Virus record (IMG/VR): IMGVR_UViG_3300005832_000038 | Coordinates: 1 to 63,847 of that record | Strand: one strand, 5' to 3' | Length of the DNA: 63,847 bases | Origin: a virus | Lineage: Duplodnaviria; Caudoviricetes | Shown: positions 7,867-17,060 of the stretch, piece by piece | Position numbering within the stretch: the first letter of the stretch is position 1 | Layout of the letters: each line of letters starts with the position of its first letter | Translations under genes and position numbers: made by a program | Notes under the pieces: generated by a model | The model's database searches: none | Told to the model about the DNA's origin: nothing | What the model saw: the letters and a program-made list of their open reading frames with translations, nothing else

Positions 7867-10800
7867 CGCAGCGGGAGCAAATCCATGACGATAAACCTCT
7901 AAGGGTTCAGATTCCCCACGTTCGTATTCCGCCTAAAAAGCCAAAATTACTCGAAGAAAGTACTGAGCCTATCGAAACCCCGGTACAACCGACCGTCCCG
8001 AAAGTTGTCGGGGATATAATCGGGAAACAGCCTATAAATTGGGGTAAAACGACCGCTAAATTGACCAAAGTTAGTTGCGCGTTTACGGCCCAGGAATTGT
8101 TAATGGGGCCTTCCGAACCACCTTACAATGGGAAGTTTTTTATAGGGGATCACCATTTAGCGTGGGATGAACTAATAGCCAAGTACAATCGGTTATGCAT
8201 ACTCGCGCCCAGGGATCACGGGAAGTGCGTACGGGGAAACCATACGATAATAACCGGTAACGGCAGTCGGGTAAAAGCGCAAGACTGGCAAGGCGGCGAG
8301 TTATTGGCGTACGACGTTGAGCGAGCCCGGTACGTGGCCGTACATTGTCCGCCGGTAGTCGAAAACGGGGTAAAGCCTATCTTCGAAATTACGACGGCGA
8401 CGGGCCGCGTGTTGGGCGTCACCGAGGAACACCCATTACTTCAATACCACGGGTGGGTGCACGCAAAAGACATTAAGGTAGGGGATCGTGTCGCGGTAGT
8501 GAACGGTATCGGGGATTTGGGTAAAAGAAAATTAGAAAGCCCGTGGTTACTCGGATTACTCATAGGTGATGGTAGTTTTAGAGCTAAATCTACCGTATCG
8601 ATTACTACCACGTACGCATCGATATTAGAAAATCTAATAACAGAATGCGAAATTCGCGGTTGGCGTTTAACGGGTGAGGGGGTGCATTATCGGATACCAG
8701 TTAAAGGTGTGCCTCATGATAAAAGATGTGATGCGTGGTTAAAGGGGTTGGGTTTATGGGGTAAGCGATCTTCTGAAAAGTTTGTGCCAGAGCAAGTATT
8801 CGAGGCAAGGGATTCTGATATAGCCGAGTTTTTGGCGGGTTATTTTGATGCGGATGGCGGTATCGAAAGAGACGTTATTAAGGCGAGTAGTACGAGTCAC
8901 CAATTACTTAAAGACGTGCAAAGTCTCCTAGCTCGTTTAGGGATTATTTCAGTGGTACGCAAAAAGAAAAAATCCCAATACAAGGGGGAGCTTTACGCTT
9001 TTTTCGAATTAGCCATTAATAACGGGAGTACTGTCCAGTTTCACCGGTGTATTCCGTTGCGAAGTCATAAGGCGCTAGCGCTAATTGACTTGTTGCGGCG
9101 AAATGAGCAAAAAGATGTTTCCAGGGGGAAAAGTTTAAAGGGGCCTGTATTTTGGGATGAGGTGGTAAAGGTAGAAGTTAAACCATCGGAAATGACTTAC
9201 GCTATACAAGTACCGGAATACCATACGTATATATCCGAGGACGTTATAAATCATAATACGTTTTTCTTTGATTTCGCGTATCCGATTTGGAAAGCGATAA
9301 ACAATCCGGGGAAAGTCGGTTTTATATTCTCGGCGACGCAACCGATGGCCGAAAGAATTCTCGGGGATATAAAAGAGGAGTTGGAAAACAACCCGAAACT
9401 AAATTGGCTAGTACCGACTAAAAAGGAACATTGGAGGGTATCCAGTATTAAATGTAGTAACGGGCATAAGATTTACGCACGCGGACTGGGAACCAAAATT
9501 CGAGGGGCTCATCCAATTTGGATCGTAGTCGACGACGCTTTGTCAGACGATACGGCTTATAGCGAGTTAACGCGTAGGAAACAAATTGATTATTTCTATA
9601 CGGCTATAACCAATATGATTACGCCGGGTGGACAAATAATCGTGGTAGGCACCCCGTTCGCGAAAGAGGATTTATACGGGAAGTTAAAAAAGAATCGCGA
9701 GTATAAATTCGTTAAGTACCAGGCGCTAGACGAACGAGGTAAAGCGCTTTGGACTGAACGATATAGTAAGAAAGCGTTAGTGCAGCGTAAAAGGGAAATA
9801 GGTAGTATTCGATTTTCCCGTGAATTCCTTTGTTGTAAGGGAAATACATACGTGGAAACAATCGCCGGGCATGTACCGATTGAAAGCGTAAAAGTAGGTA
9901 CGTTGGTATTAACGCACAAAAATAGGTGGAAGAAAGTAACGCGTGTATTCGAAAGTGATTACTTCGGAAACTTAATACGGATAAAGGATGTTTTAGAAGT
10001 AACCCCGAATCATAACGTGCTCACCCAGGACGGTTGGATAGAGGCGGGTTATTTAACACCTACGGACTTTATAATGTATCCAACGGAACATGGCGAGGAT
10101 TGGATAGAGGTGGTGGATATACAAATAACGTTCCACGAGGGTAAAGTTTACAATTTGGAAGTAGAGGGGGATAATTCTTACATAGCGGATGGTATAGCCG
10201 TACATAATTGCAATCCGATAGATGATAGTTCTAGCTTCTTCCCGAAACGATTATTCCAGGGCGACCCCGTAGAACAATACGGGTTGACACTGGGAATGTC
10301 GAAAGAGTTTTGGGAGGATAAGGGTGTACAAATTTACATGGGCGTGGACTTCGCTATGAGCACGAGTATTCAGGCGGACTATTTAGTTGTTTGGGTAATG
10401 GGGAAAGATTCATTTGGAAATAGGTGGCTAATTGATATTCACAGGCATAAGGGTATGCCTTTTCAGGAGCAATTAAGCCTGATAAATGAGTTAGGGCGGA
10501 AGTACGATCCCGCGTTGATTTACCTCGAAAGTAATCAAATGCAGAGGATATTTGGAGATGAATTAATCAGGACAAGCGACTTGCCTATTACCAAATTTAC
10601 CACCGGAATACAGAAACACTCTTTAGAGAATGGTTTGCCAAGTTTGCGTATTCTCTTGGAAAACGGGAAATTCAGGATTCCGAGGGGGGATGCTAAGAGC
10701 GTGGAGGTGACAAACTTGTGGATCGAAGAGATGGCCAATTTTACCTTTGAAAACGGAAAGTTGTCGAGCGTTGGGGCGCATGATGACATGCCTATGGCCT

Positions 10801-11117
10801 GCTGGATCTGCAATGAGGCAATAAAGAAAGGGGGATTCGCGTTTTCGTTTGGCGACGCAGAAGGGGAACAAATGAGCAGCGAGGAAATCCTAGCCGAGCT
10901 TACGGAAGCCCGATCCGAGCTATTAGGGGGCAAGTTGAAACCGGAACCCGCCAAGGGGAACGGGAACGGGAAGGCGAAACCGGGGAACGGTTCGCAGACT
11001 GTGAAGACTCCGACCAACGGGAACGGGAAGGCGGCAATTAATAGTAATACGTCAGTCAATCTCGTAGACGACAATGATTTACTACATTCCTTGCCGAAAG
11101 TACTGCAATGGTATTAG
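7863..11117 (+). CDS. terL: Terminase large subunit with two inteins
   Basis: Walker A PRDHGK/T, Walker B IVVDD, motif III VVGTP, RNase-H nuclease MGVDFA ... HDDMPMA. Confidence 0.95.
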   Translation: MTQREQIHDDKPLRVQIPHVRIPPKKPKLLEESTEPIETPVQPTVPKVVGDIIGKQPINWGKTTAKLTKVSCAFTAQELLMGPSEPPYNGKFFIGDHHLAWDELIAKYNRLCILAPRDHGKCVRGNHTIITGNGSRVKAQDWQGGELLAYDVERARYVAVHCPPVVENGVKPIFEITTATGRVLGVTEEHPLLQYHGWVHAKDIKVGDRVAVVNGIGDLGKRKLESPWLLGLLIGDGSFRAKSTVSITTTYASILENLITECEIRGWRLTGEGVHYRIPVKGVPHDKRCDAWLKGLGLWGKRSSEKFVPEQVFEARDSDIAEFLAGYFDADGGIERDVIKASSTSHQLLKDVQSLLARLGIISVVRKKKKSQYKGELYAFFELAINNGSTVQFHRCIPLRSHKALALIDLLRRNEQKDVSRGKSLKGPVFWDEVVKVEVKPSEMTYAIQVPEYHTYISEDVINHNTFFFDFAYPIWKAINNPGKVGFIFSATQPMAERILGDIKEELENNPKLNWLVPTKKEHWRVSSIKCSNGHKIYARGLGTKIRGAHPIWIVVDDALSDDTAYSELTRRKQIDYFYTAITNMITPGGQIIVVGTPFAKEDLYGKLKKNREYKFVKYQALDERGKALWTERYSKKALVQRKREIGSIRFSREFLCCKGNTYVETIAGHVPIESVKVGTLVLTHKNRWKKVTRVFESDYFGNLIRIKDVLEVTPNHNVLTQDGWIEAGYLTPTDFIMYPTEHGEDWIEVVDIQITFHEGKVYNLEVEGDNSYIADGIAVHNCNPIDDSSSFFPKRLFQGDPVEQYGLTLGMSKEFWEDKGVQIYMGVDFAMSTSIQADYLVVWVMGKDSFGNRWLIDIHRHKGMPFQEQLSLINELGRKYDPALIYLESNQMQRIFGDELIRTSDLPITKFTTGIQKHSLENGLPSLRILLENGKFRIPRGDAKSVEVTNLWIEEMANFTFENGKLSSVGAHDDMPMACWICNEAIKKGGFAFSFGDAEGEQMSSEEILAELTEARSELLGGKLKPEPAKGNGNGKAKPGNGSQTVKTPTNGNGKAAINSNTSVNLVDDNDLLHSLPKVLQWY
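8226..9257 (+). mobile_element. Intein 1 (344 aa) with LAGLIDADG homing endonuclease, inserted in Walker A
   Basis: Starts at Cys after HGK; block B VTEEHP; LGLLIGDGS and LAGYFDADGG; ends HN followed by Thr. Confidence 0.93.
9831..10208 (+). mobile_element. Intein 2, mini-intein (126 aa)
   Basis: REFL|CCKGNTYVET ... VTPNH ... VYNLEVEGDNSYIADGIAVHN|C; no endonuclease. Confidence 0.9.
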
Positions 11118-11201
11118 GTTTCCCTTATCGGTGGCCGTAGCAGTTAAGGGGTTCGCTCTCTCACTCTACGGCCCCGATACCTTGAACAGGGAGCAAAATA
11201 A

Positions 11202-12260
11202 GTGCCATCGAACATAGTCAAACCAGGGCAAGAGGCGGCGTGGGAGCGGGCGAAAAAGAAAGCGGCCGAGCAGGGGCACGAAAAGGACTGGCCGTATATC
11301 GTCGCGATTTTCAAGAAAATGCGAAAGTCTTTTGCCAAGAGCGTGACATCCGGGAAAAAGAGGCCCGACGTGGGCGATGAATTCTTGTTGCGGCAAGCCA
11401 AGGCGGAAGCCAAGGCGCTAGGGCGCGGCGACGATTGGGCGTTTATCACGACGCTTTACCAGCGCATGAAAAAATCCCTGGTCAAGGGCTACGTGGTACC
11501 GGTACCGCACAACCAGGCGCGCACGCCGGGGCAAGTGCCTGGACGCGAGCGATTACCGCGGGAGTTGCGGCGATTGACGGACAAGCCTCCCGAGCTATCT
11601 CAGGCGCGGCTCGAGCGTTATGATGACATACCCGTGTTGCGGCCGGAAGCGGCGGTAAGGGGCCTAGGGTTCAACGCGCAAGAGGCGAGCAGGTGGGCGG
11701 GATTCATCGCTCAGACTGCGCGCACAGCGGCAAACGAATTGACTTTCCGACAAATAGCGCTCGACAAATTTCGAGAGGAAAAATTGCCCGTGGAGGTGAC
11801 CAAGGCGCTATTGCAACGAGGCCTCGCGTACTGGCGACAAATCCAAAAATCTTTCGTGTACGTGGAGGCTGTGACGGTTGACGAGTTGTCCAAGGCCGTG
11901 CCTCGAGGCGGGAAATACCATAGACGGGTTCCTAAGCCCGGAGGGGGTTACAATTACGTGTACGATGAGGCGAGTTACCAGAAACGCCAGGACGCCCATG
12001 TAGACGGCGAAGCGGCGAACGTAGCCTACGTTACGAACCAAGTTGTGAAGTGCGTACAGGCGGCGGGAGAGGGCGGATGTCGGCCGAGCGCGCTCAAACC
12101 CTTAGTCCAGAAATTTGGGGCGGATAAGGTGGCCAAAATTCTAGAAGACGGAGCGGGCGGGAAAATCAGTTTTAAGGGAGGAAAATTCAAGCTTAAGAAA
12201 GAGCCTGATAGCGATAAAGGGGGTAGCAGTGAAAAAATACAACGAGGACGAGGTAATTGA
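11202..12260 (+). CDS. Putative internal head (cargo) polyprotein
   Basis: Two tandem WxxAKxxA..DWxxIxxxxxxMxKS repeats; several K|S/A sites; GGKYHRRVP..GYNYVY tag. Confidence 0.6.
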   Translation: MPSNIVKPGQEAAWERAKKKAAEQGHEKDWPYIVAIFKKMRKSFAKSVTSGKKRPDVGDEFLLRQAKAEAKALGRGDDWAFITTLYQRMKKSLVKGYVVPVPHNQARTPGQVPGRERLPRELRRLTDKPPELSQARLERYDDIPVLRPEAAVRGLGFNAQEASRWAGFIAQTARTAANELTFRQIALDKFREEKLPVEVTKALLQRGLAYWRQIQKSFVYVEAVTVDELSKAVPRGGKYHRRVPKPGGGYNYVYDEASYQKRQDAHVDGEAANVAYVTNQVVKCVQAAGEGGCRPSALKPLVQKFGADKVAKILEDGAGGKISFKGGKFKLKKEPDSDKGGSSEKIQRGRGN

Positions 12261-12477
12261 TATTTCGGCGTGGGCTAATGCTGGGAGCAATCATTTATCG
12301 ATTGAAACGTCGGGCATGGATTATTTGTGCAGCAAAGCATTGGTAAGGGACGTGCAAAGAATGGCAAAAAAATATCCCGGAATACGCTTTCGGGTTGAGG
12401 CGTGGCGAGAAGGCTCTATGCGGGATATTCTTTCAAGACTGAGGGATCAAAAACCAGAGGCGGAAAATGATGATTAG
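12229..12477 (+). CDS. Hypothetical protein
   Basis: Fills the gap between neighbours; RBS GGGGG before GTG. Confidence 0.45.
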   Translation: MKKYNEDEVIDISAWANAGSNHLSIETSGMDYLCSKALVRDVQRMAKKYPGIRFRVEAWREGSMRDILSRLRDQKPEAENDD

Positions 12478-13516
12478 AGAGCAATTCGTAATCCCAGTAA
12501 CGGCGTTGGATGAGTACCTCGAAAAAGCCGGGCCGCACAAGTACACTTCCAAGAAAATGGTTCAAGGAAAATGGGTTTACGAATATAAAGACGAGGCGGT
12601 AACACGCATCGCAAATTCTCTACTTGATTTTTTAGCCAATCCCAAACGTACCATAACCCTCGCGCAGGTATCGCGGTCATTTCGCCTCGATAAGGCGAAG
12701 GCGAAAGAGGTTATCGATACGTTGGCCAGGCAAGGCAATATTACTGGTTCTACTGAACCGGGCGGCGTGACCACGTATAAACGCAATCCCAGACAAAAGG
12801 CTGGTACCGAAAAGCCTAAGCTCGTGATCCCAGAAACACCAAAGCCCGAAGAGAAACCCGTTGAAAAGCCCCTAAAGACTGAATTGACTGAGAAGGAAAA
12901 GAAACAAGTCGATGAAAATAGATATAGGGGCAAGGCTGAATTACTTCGGTTATTCGAAAAGAAGGGGACGGTTTGGCTAGATCAACACCCTAATATTAAA
13001 CAATCTGATTTGACCGATATGGCAGTGAGCCATTACGTGGAAAGAGTAACCGATTTTGCGGGGGAAACAGCCGATGAAGGTTTTAGAGTTGGCTATCGGT
13101 TAACGGGTACAGGCGAACGAGCTATTAATAATATGAATAATGAGCAGCGCAAGGAACTACAAAAGCAGCAATACGAGCAAAAGAAAAAGAAAATTCCCCC
13201 TAAAAAAGATCAACCGAAATTAGCAAAAGAAGCGGTATTGAATTGGTTCCAACCACAAGGCCCGAATGTCGGTATAAACGCCGTGGGCATGACACAACAT
13301 TTTGCGTACAATCTCGGGTTGCATATACCCAGTGATACTATTTTATCGGCAATGAATAAGCTCGTGAAAGATGGGGTATTAACTCGGGAAGGTGAGGGGC
13401 ATACGGCGACGTTTAAAAAGGTAAAGCCGAAAACAAATAGCGATTATAAACCACAAAAGCAAGGCCAGTTGTCTTTCGAATTCAACAAGGCGCGATTCAT
13501 CGTAAAGGCGGGTTGA
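12467..13516 (+). CDS. Putative internal head protein with winged-helix modules
   Basis: Leader ALDEYLEKA|GPHKY..GKWVYEY; wHTH-like LxxxGxI/L plus wing patterns. Confidence 0.6.
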   Translation: MMIREQFVIPVTALDEYLEKAGPHKYTSKKMVQGKWVYEYKDEAVTRIANSLLDFLANPKRTITLAQVSRSFRLDKAKAKEVIDTLARQGNITGSTEPGGVTTYKRNPRQKAGTEKPKLVIPETPKPEEKPVEKPLKTELTEKEKKQVDENRYRGKAELLRLFEKKGTVWLDQHPNIKQSDLTDMAVSHYVERVTDFAGETADEGFRVGYRLTGTGERAINNMNNEQRKELQKQQYEQKKKKIPPKKDQPKLAKEAVLNWFQPQGPNVGINAVGMTQHFAYNLGLHIPSDTILSAMNKLVKDGVLTREGEGHTATFKKVKPKTNSDYKPQKQGQLSFEFNKARFIVKAG

Positions 13517-13517
13517 G

Positions 13518-16500
13518 ATGACTATTGAAGCACTAGACGAGTTTGCGAAGGGCGGCCCGTACTACGGACCACGAGGCGGTAAATGGAAAGATCCACAACA
13601 CAAAATTCCATGGGATGACAAAGAGCCCAAAGGCGGGGGCAAAAAGGCCGCGGTAGATAAAAGCGTTAAGGCCTCTATTCTGGGCATGTTGTCGGAGCAT
13701 CGAGCTATTGATTTAACGAGGTTATCAGTATCCGACGCCGCGAAAAAGGCGATAAAAGAAGCGTTGCCAGCGTTGAAGGCCGAAGGACTAATAGAGGATG
13801 CTAAGATCCAAACGATGTCGGGTTCTATCCCAGGTTTTAAGTTAACTCCAAAGGGAGCTAAGGCGTCTCAAGGTCTGGACAAAGAAGTAAAAGAAGAGAA
13901 GAAACAGGCCGATCCCAGGCAGCTAGGCCTAGACTTTACCATACCGGCCAAGAAACCGGAGCCGAAACAAGAGCCCCAAACGAAAGCCGAAAAGGCTAAG
14001 GCGAATAAAGAAGCGAAGCTTCGCACAGCTATTTCGACGGAAGACGGGTTGAAAGAAGTGTTCGCCAAGTTTGCCTTGAAACGCGGCAATCAAAGTTTTT
14101 ACGCGGATGATCTCCCCAAATTGATAGGTGTGGCCAAAGAAGATAGCGCGGGATTGGTTCAAAAGTTGGAAGACAAGGGATTAATCACGAGCAAGAAATT
14201 TCAGATAGGCCCGAAAGGTAGCGCGCCCACGAAGCTTTACCAGGTAGCAGATAAAGGCCGGGAAGCGAGGGAGGATTATTTCACGGGAAAGACGTCGAAG
14301 CGAAAAGACAAAGAGGCCCCACAAAAGAGAACCAGCGTGCAAAACTATGCAATGGGGAGTTTGCTTGATCGGGACAATATGTCAGTTAATGCGTTGGTTA
14401 ACGCCTCGGGTAAATCCGAGGCGGAAATAAAAGAGGCCATGGGGGGATTGGTCAAGCAGGGTTTAGTAAAAGAGACGCAGGTTTCTACCGGTGGGAAGTA
14501 CAAAGATCCGGGATACGCGATAACAGATAAAGGGAAAAGTCAGTTAAAAGCCGAGCGCGAAAAAACTTATAAGAAAATGGAAACGGGACAAAAGCCCGCG
14601 GCGAAAAAACAAGAGGCCAGCGAGAAGCCAGTTTCGCCGGAACCGAAAGTGAGCACGCCTACTTATAGCGAGCTACGGGCGGGTAAATTGTTGGGGAAAG
14701 ATCCCGCTACCGGTAACGAATTTAAGCGTGTTGGGGATACGGTGTGGTCTGTTAGTAGTCATGGTATTACTAATAGGGGTTCCTATGCTGATTTTGAGAA
14801 ACAAGTGAAAGAGGGGAAGTATCATTCTCGGATTAAATTTACCGGTCTAGATGAGGGGGAAAAGAAAAAACAAGTACTCGAGAGTCCACAATACGACGTG
14901 GATTTCAGCGAGGGGTTTAAAGCGGGTAAGGCGGCCCACGATAAGGATCCGTATACCGATGCTTCGCACGCCAAGGCAGCCTATGAAAAGGTGAGCGGTA
15001 AACACGGTAGTTATTACGAAGACGGGTTCAAGGCGGCGATTGATCACAAAAGAGGCCTATACGCCGGGGATAATTTGAAGATTGCTCGACATTTGGGTTT
15101 GGTGCCTCCGCCTACTTTGGATTGGAAACCGGAAGACGAGCCCTTGAACATCCAAAAATCAATAGACACGCTCGATGACTTCGCGAAAGGTGGCCCTTAT
15201 TACGGGCCTCGAGGGGGGAAATGGGCAGATCCGCAGCACAAAATCCCGTGGCAAGAGTCAAAGAAGAAACCCAGTAAAAAGAAGCCTACGGAAAAGAAGC
15301 CCGAGAAAGAAACGTCATTGCGTCATTGGGTGTCCACAGTAGACGTGGGGTTGCCTGCCCAAACCATAAACAAGTACAAAGGCCCGAACGGATATACCCC
15401 AGAGCGTAAAAGGCTACATTCGGCGATTATCAGTAAATTTGTTGATCACGTTCCTAGCGTGCCTAGCGATCAAAGGCCTGTGGCTATCGTAATGATGGGA
15501 GGCGGGGGAGCTGGTAAAGGAACCATCGTGCGACACGTTATGGGCGATGAGCACGATTTCGTGAACGTCAATTCCGATGATTGCAAAGAGGAGTTGCCGG
15601 AATATCAGCAGGCCTTGGATCTCGGCAAGAAAGACGGGAAAACTATCAGCGCGAGGGACGCCGCATGGATGGCTCACGAAGAGAGTTCGGATATCGCCAA
15701 GGACATATTGCAAATAGCCATCGCAGATCGCAAAAATCTGATTATGGACGGCACGGGTTCAAATTCTGATAAGTATCAGGGCAAAATCCAAAAGCTCAAA
15801 GACGCCGGGTATCATGTGCGCGTAATGATGCCTCACATTTCGTTAGACGAGGCGAAGCGGCGCGCCGACATGCGGGCGGAGCGCTCAGGGCGCTATGTGC
15901 CCCACGAAATACTCGAACAGGCGCACCATTTAATCCCAGGCAATTTCGAAAAAATTGCGCGGACAGCCGATGAGTTTGCGTTGTTCGATAATTCGGGAAG
16001 GCCTCCAAGACCGGTTTGGTCGTTTAACGGGGAAAAGGAAACCGTGTTAGATCCTAAATTCGTAAACGATTTTAAGAAATTGGGGAAGGAAAGGCACGCC
16101 GTAGCACGCGCAAAAGGTTGGATGAAGTCATTACAGGAATGGCTTGAGATGAGAAAGGCGGAGGGGATGAAAGTGTCACTATCGATGGAAGACATGTTGA
16201 AACGAATGGAAACAAAGCGCGACGAGGTTTTAGATACCGCATCGATGCTCGACGATTTCGCGCCCGAAATGGAAAAGCATTTAGAGGACATGGCGAAAAA
16301 ATCAATGGGAGAAAACGAAATGAACGGAATAGACGCACTGGATGAGTTTGCGAAGGGTAACGGGGCCATGCCTTCGGGGGAGCCGAAACTAGGCGGTAAC
16401 GGGGAAGAACAAGGCGGCAAGCTCGCCGGGGTAGGAAAAACCGGGGGTTCGGGCGACTCGGCGAGCGGTCCGCCTATCGCCGCACCAAACCCCACGAAGG

Positions 16501-17012
16501 ACAAACTATCAGAAGACGATGCGGAAGACGAAAAAGCCATGAAGGAGCACAAGAAGCCAATCGAGAAGACGGCGAAGGCCTCGAAGAGTTTCCGCGACAC
16601 AACCCCGCAGGGGATTCGGGACGCGTACGCGCTCGAACACGCCCAGTACGTATCCAAGCTGAAAAAGGGTGAACCCGACGAGCGGGTGGGAATACCGGGG
16701 GTTCCTAGGCAGCAACCGGAGCCGGAGCCGATGGCAAAATCTCGAGAGTGGGGATATGATCGGGAATCTCGCGTGGTGTATTCCACGGGGACGGATGAAT
16801 TCACGGCGAAAATGGCCAAGTCGGATTCATTCTATCACGGGGTATCAGCTCCCAGATTGTCACCTCACATCGGGATAATGCACATCGTACGGTGCAAGGC
16901 GTGCGGGGACAAGATGTCCAAGGCGTTGACTGCGTGTCCACATTGTGGAGAGGGTACGGCCGAGCGTGGGGTGGTTTACGTGGACGAGGGCCGGTACGTA
17001 GACGATAAATAA
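13518..17012 (+). CDS. Multidomain cargo polyprotein: 3 wHTH-like modules, zeta-toxin-like P-loop kinase, C-terminal Zn ribbon
   Basis: Three LD[ED]FAKG leaders; MGGGGAGKGT, NSDDCK, HEESS, IMDGT, LFDNS zeta motifs; CKAC..CPHC. Confidence 0.8.
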   Translation: MTIEALDEFAKGGPYYGPRGGKWKDPQHKIPWDDKEPKGGGKKAAVDKSVKASILGMLSEHRAIDLTRLSVSDAAKKAIKEALPALKAEGLIEDAKIQTMSGSIPGFKLTPKGAKASQGLDKEVKEEKKQADPRQLGLDFTIPAKKPEPKQEPQTKAEKAKANKEAKLRTAISTEDGLKEVFAKFALKRGNQSFYADDLPKLIGVAKEDSAGLVQKLEDKGLITSKKFQIGPKGSAPTKLYQVADKGREAREDYFTGKTSKRKDKEAPQKRTSVQNYAMGSLLDRDNMSVNALVNASGKSEAEIKEAMGGLVKQGLVKETQVSTGGKYKDPGYAITDKGKSQLKAEREKTYKKMETGQKPAAKKQEASEKPVSPEPKVSTPTYSELRAGKLLGKDPATGNEFKRVGDTVWSVSSHGITNRGSYADFEKQVKEGKYHSRIKFTGLDEGEKKKQVLESPQYDVDFSEGFKAGKAAHDKDPYTDASHAKAAYEKVSGKHGSYYEDGFKAAIDHKRGLYAGDNLKIARHLGLVPPPTLDWKPEDEPLNIQKSIDTLDDFAKGGPYYGPRGGKWADPQHKIPWQESKKKPSKKKPTEKKPEKETSLRHWVSTVDVGLPAQTINKYKGPNGYTPERKRLHSAIISKFVDHVPSVPSDQRPVAIVMMGGGGAGKGTIVRHVMGDEHDFVNVNSDDCKEELPEYQQALDLGKKDGKTISARDAAWMAHEESSDIAKDILQIAIADRKNLIMDGTGSNSDKYQGKIQKLKDAGYHVRVMMPHISLDEAKRRADMRAERSGRYVPHEILEQAHHLIPGNFEKIARTADEFALFDNSGRPPRPVWSFNGEKETVLDPKFVNDFKKLGKERHAVARAKGWMKSLQEWLEMRKAEGMKVSLSMEDMLKRMETKRDEVLDTASMLDDFAPEMEKHLEDMAKKSMGENEMNGIDALDEFAKGNGAMPSGEPKLGGNGEEQGGKLAGVGKTGGSGDSASGPPIAAPNPTKDKLSEDDAEDEKAMKEHKKPIEKTAKASKSFRDTTPQGIRDAYALEHAQYVSKLKKGEPDERVGIPGVPRQQPEPEPMAKSREWGYDRESRVVYSTGTDEFTAKMAKSDSFYHGVSAPRLSPHIGIMHIVRCKACGDKMSKALTACPHCGEGTAERGVVYVDEGRYVDDK

Positions 17013-17028
17013 TGCAAGCGGATATAAT
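16999..17028 (+). promoter_or_regulatory. Possible sigma70-type promoter upstream of portal
   Basis: TAGACG-N18-TATAAT. Confidence 0.35.
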
Positions 17029-17060
17029 GTAGGCCAGCATAACGCGGCGAGAGGTTACCA

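Noticed and set aside
10950-11035. GGGAAC / NGNGKA repeats at the TerL C-terminus
   Set aside because: Low-complexity disordered tail with no sign of a separate function.
15893-16819. 308-aa minus-strand ORF and the many other long antisense ORFs in the track (e.g. 26066-26692, 27587-28279, 46750-47319)
   Set aside because: Shadows of well-supported plus-strand genes; Ser/Phe/Pro-rich with no recognisable motifs, unlike the HNH ORF.
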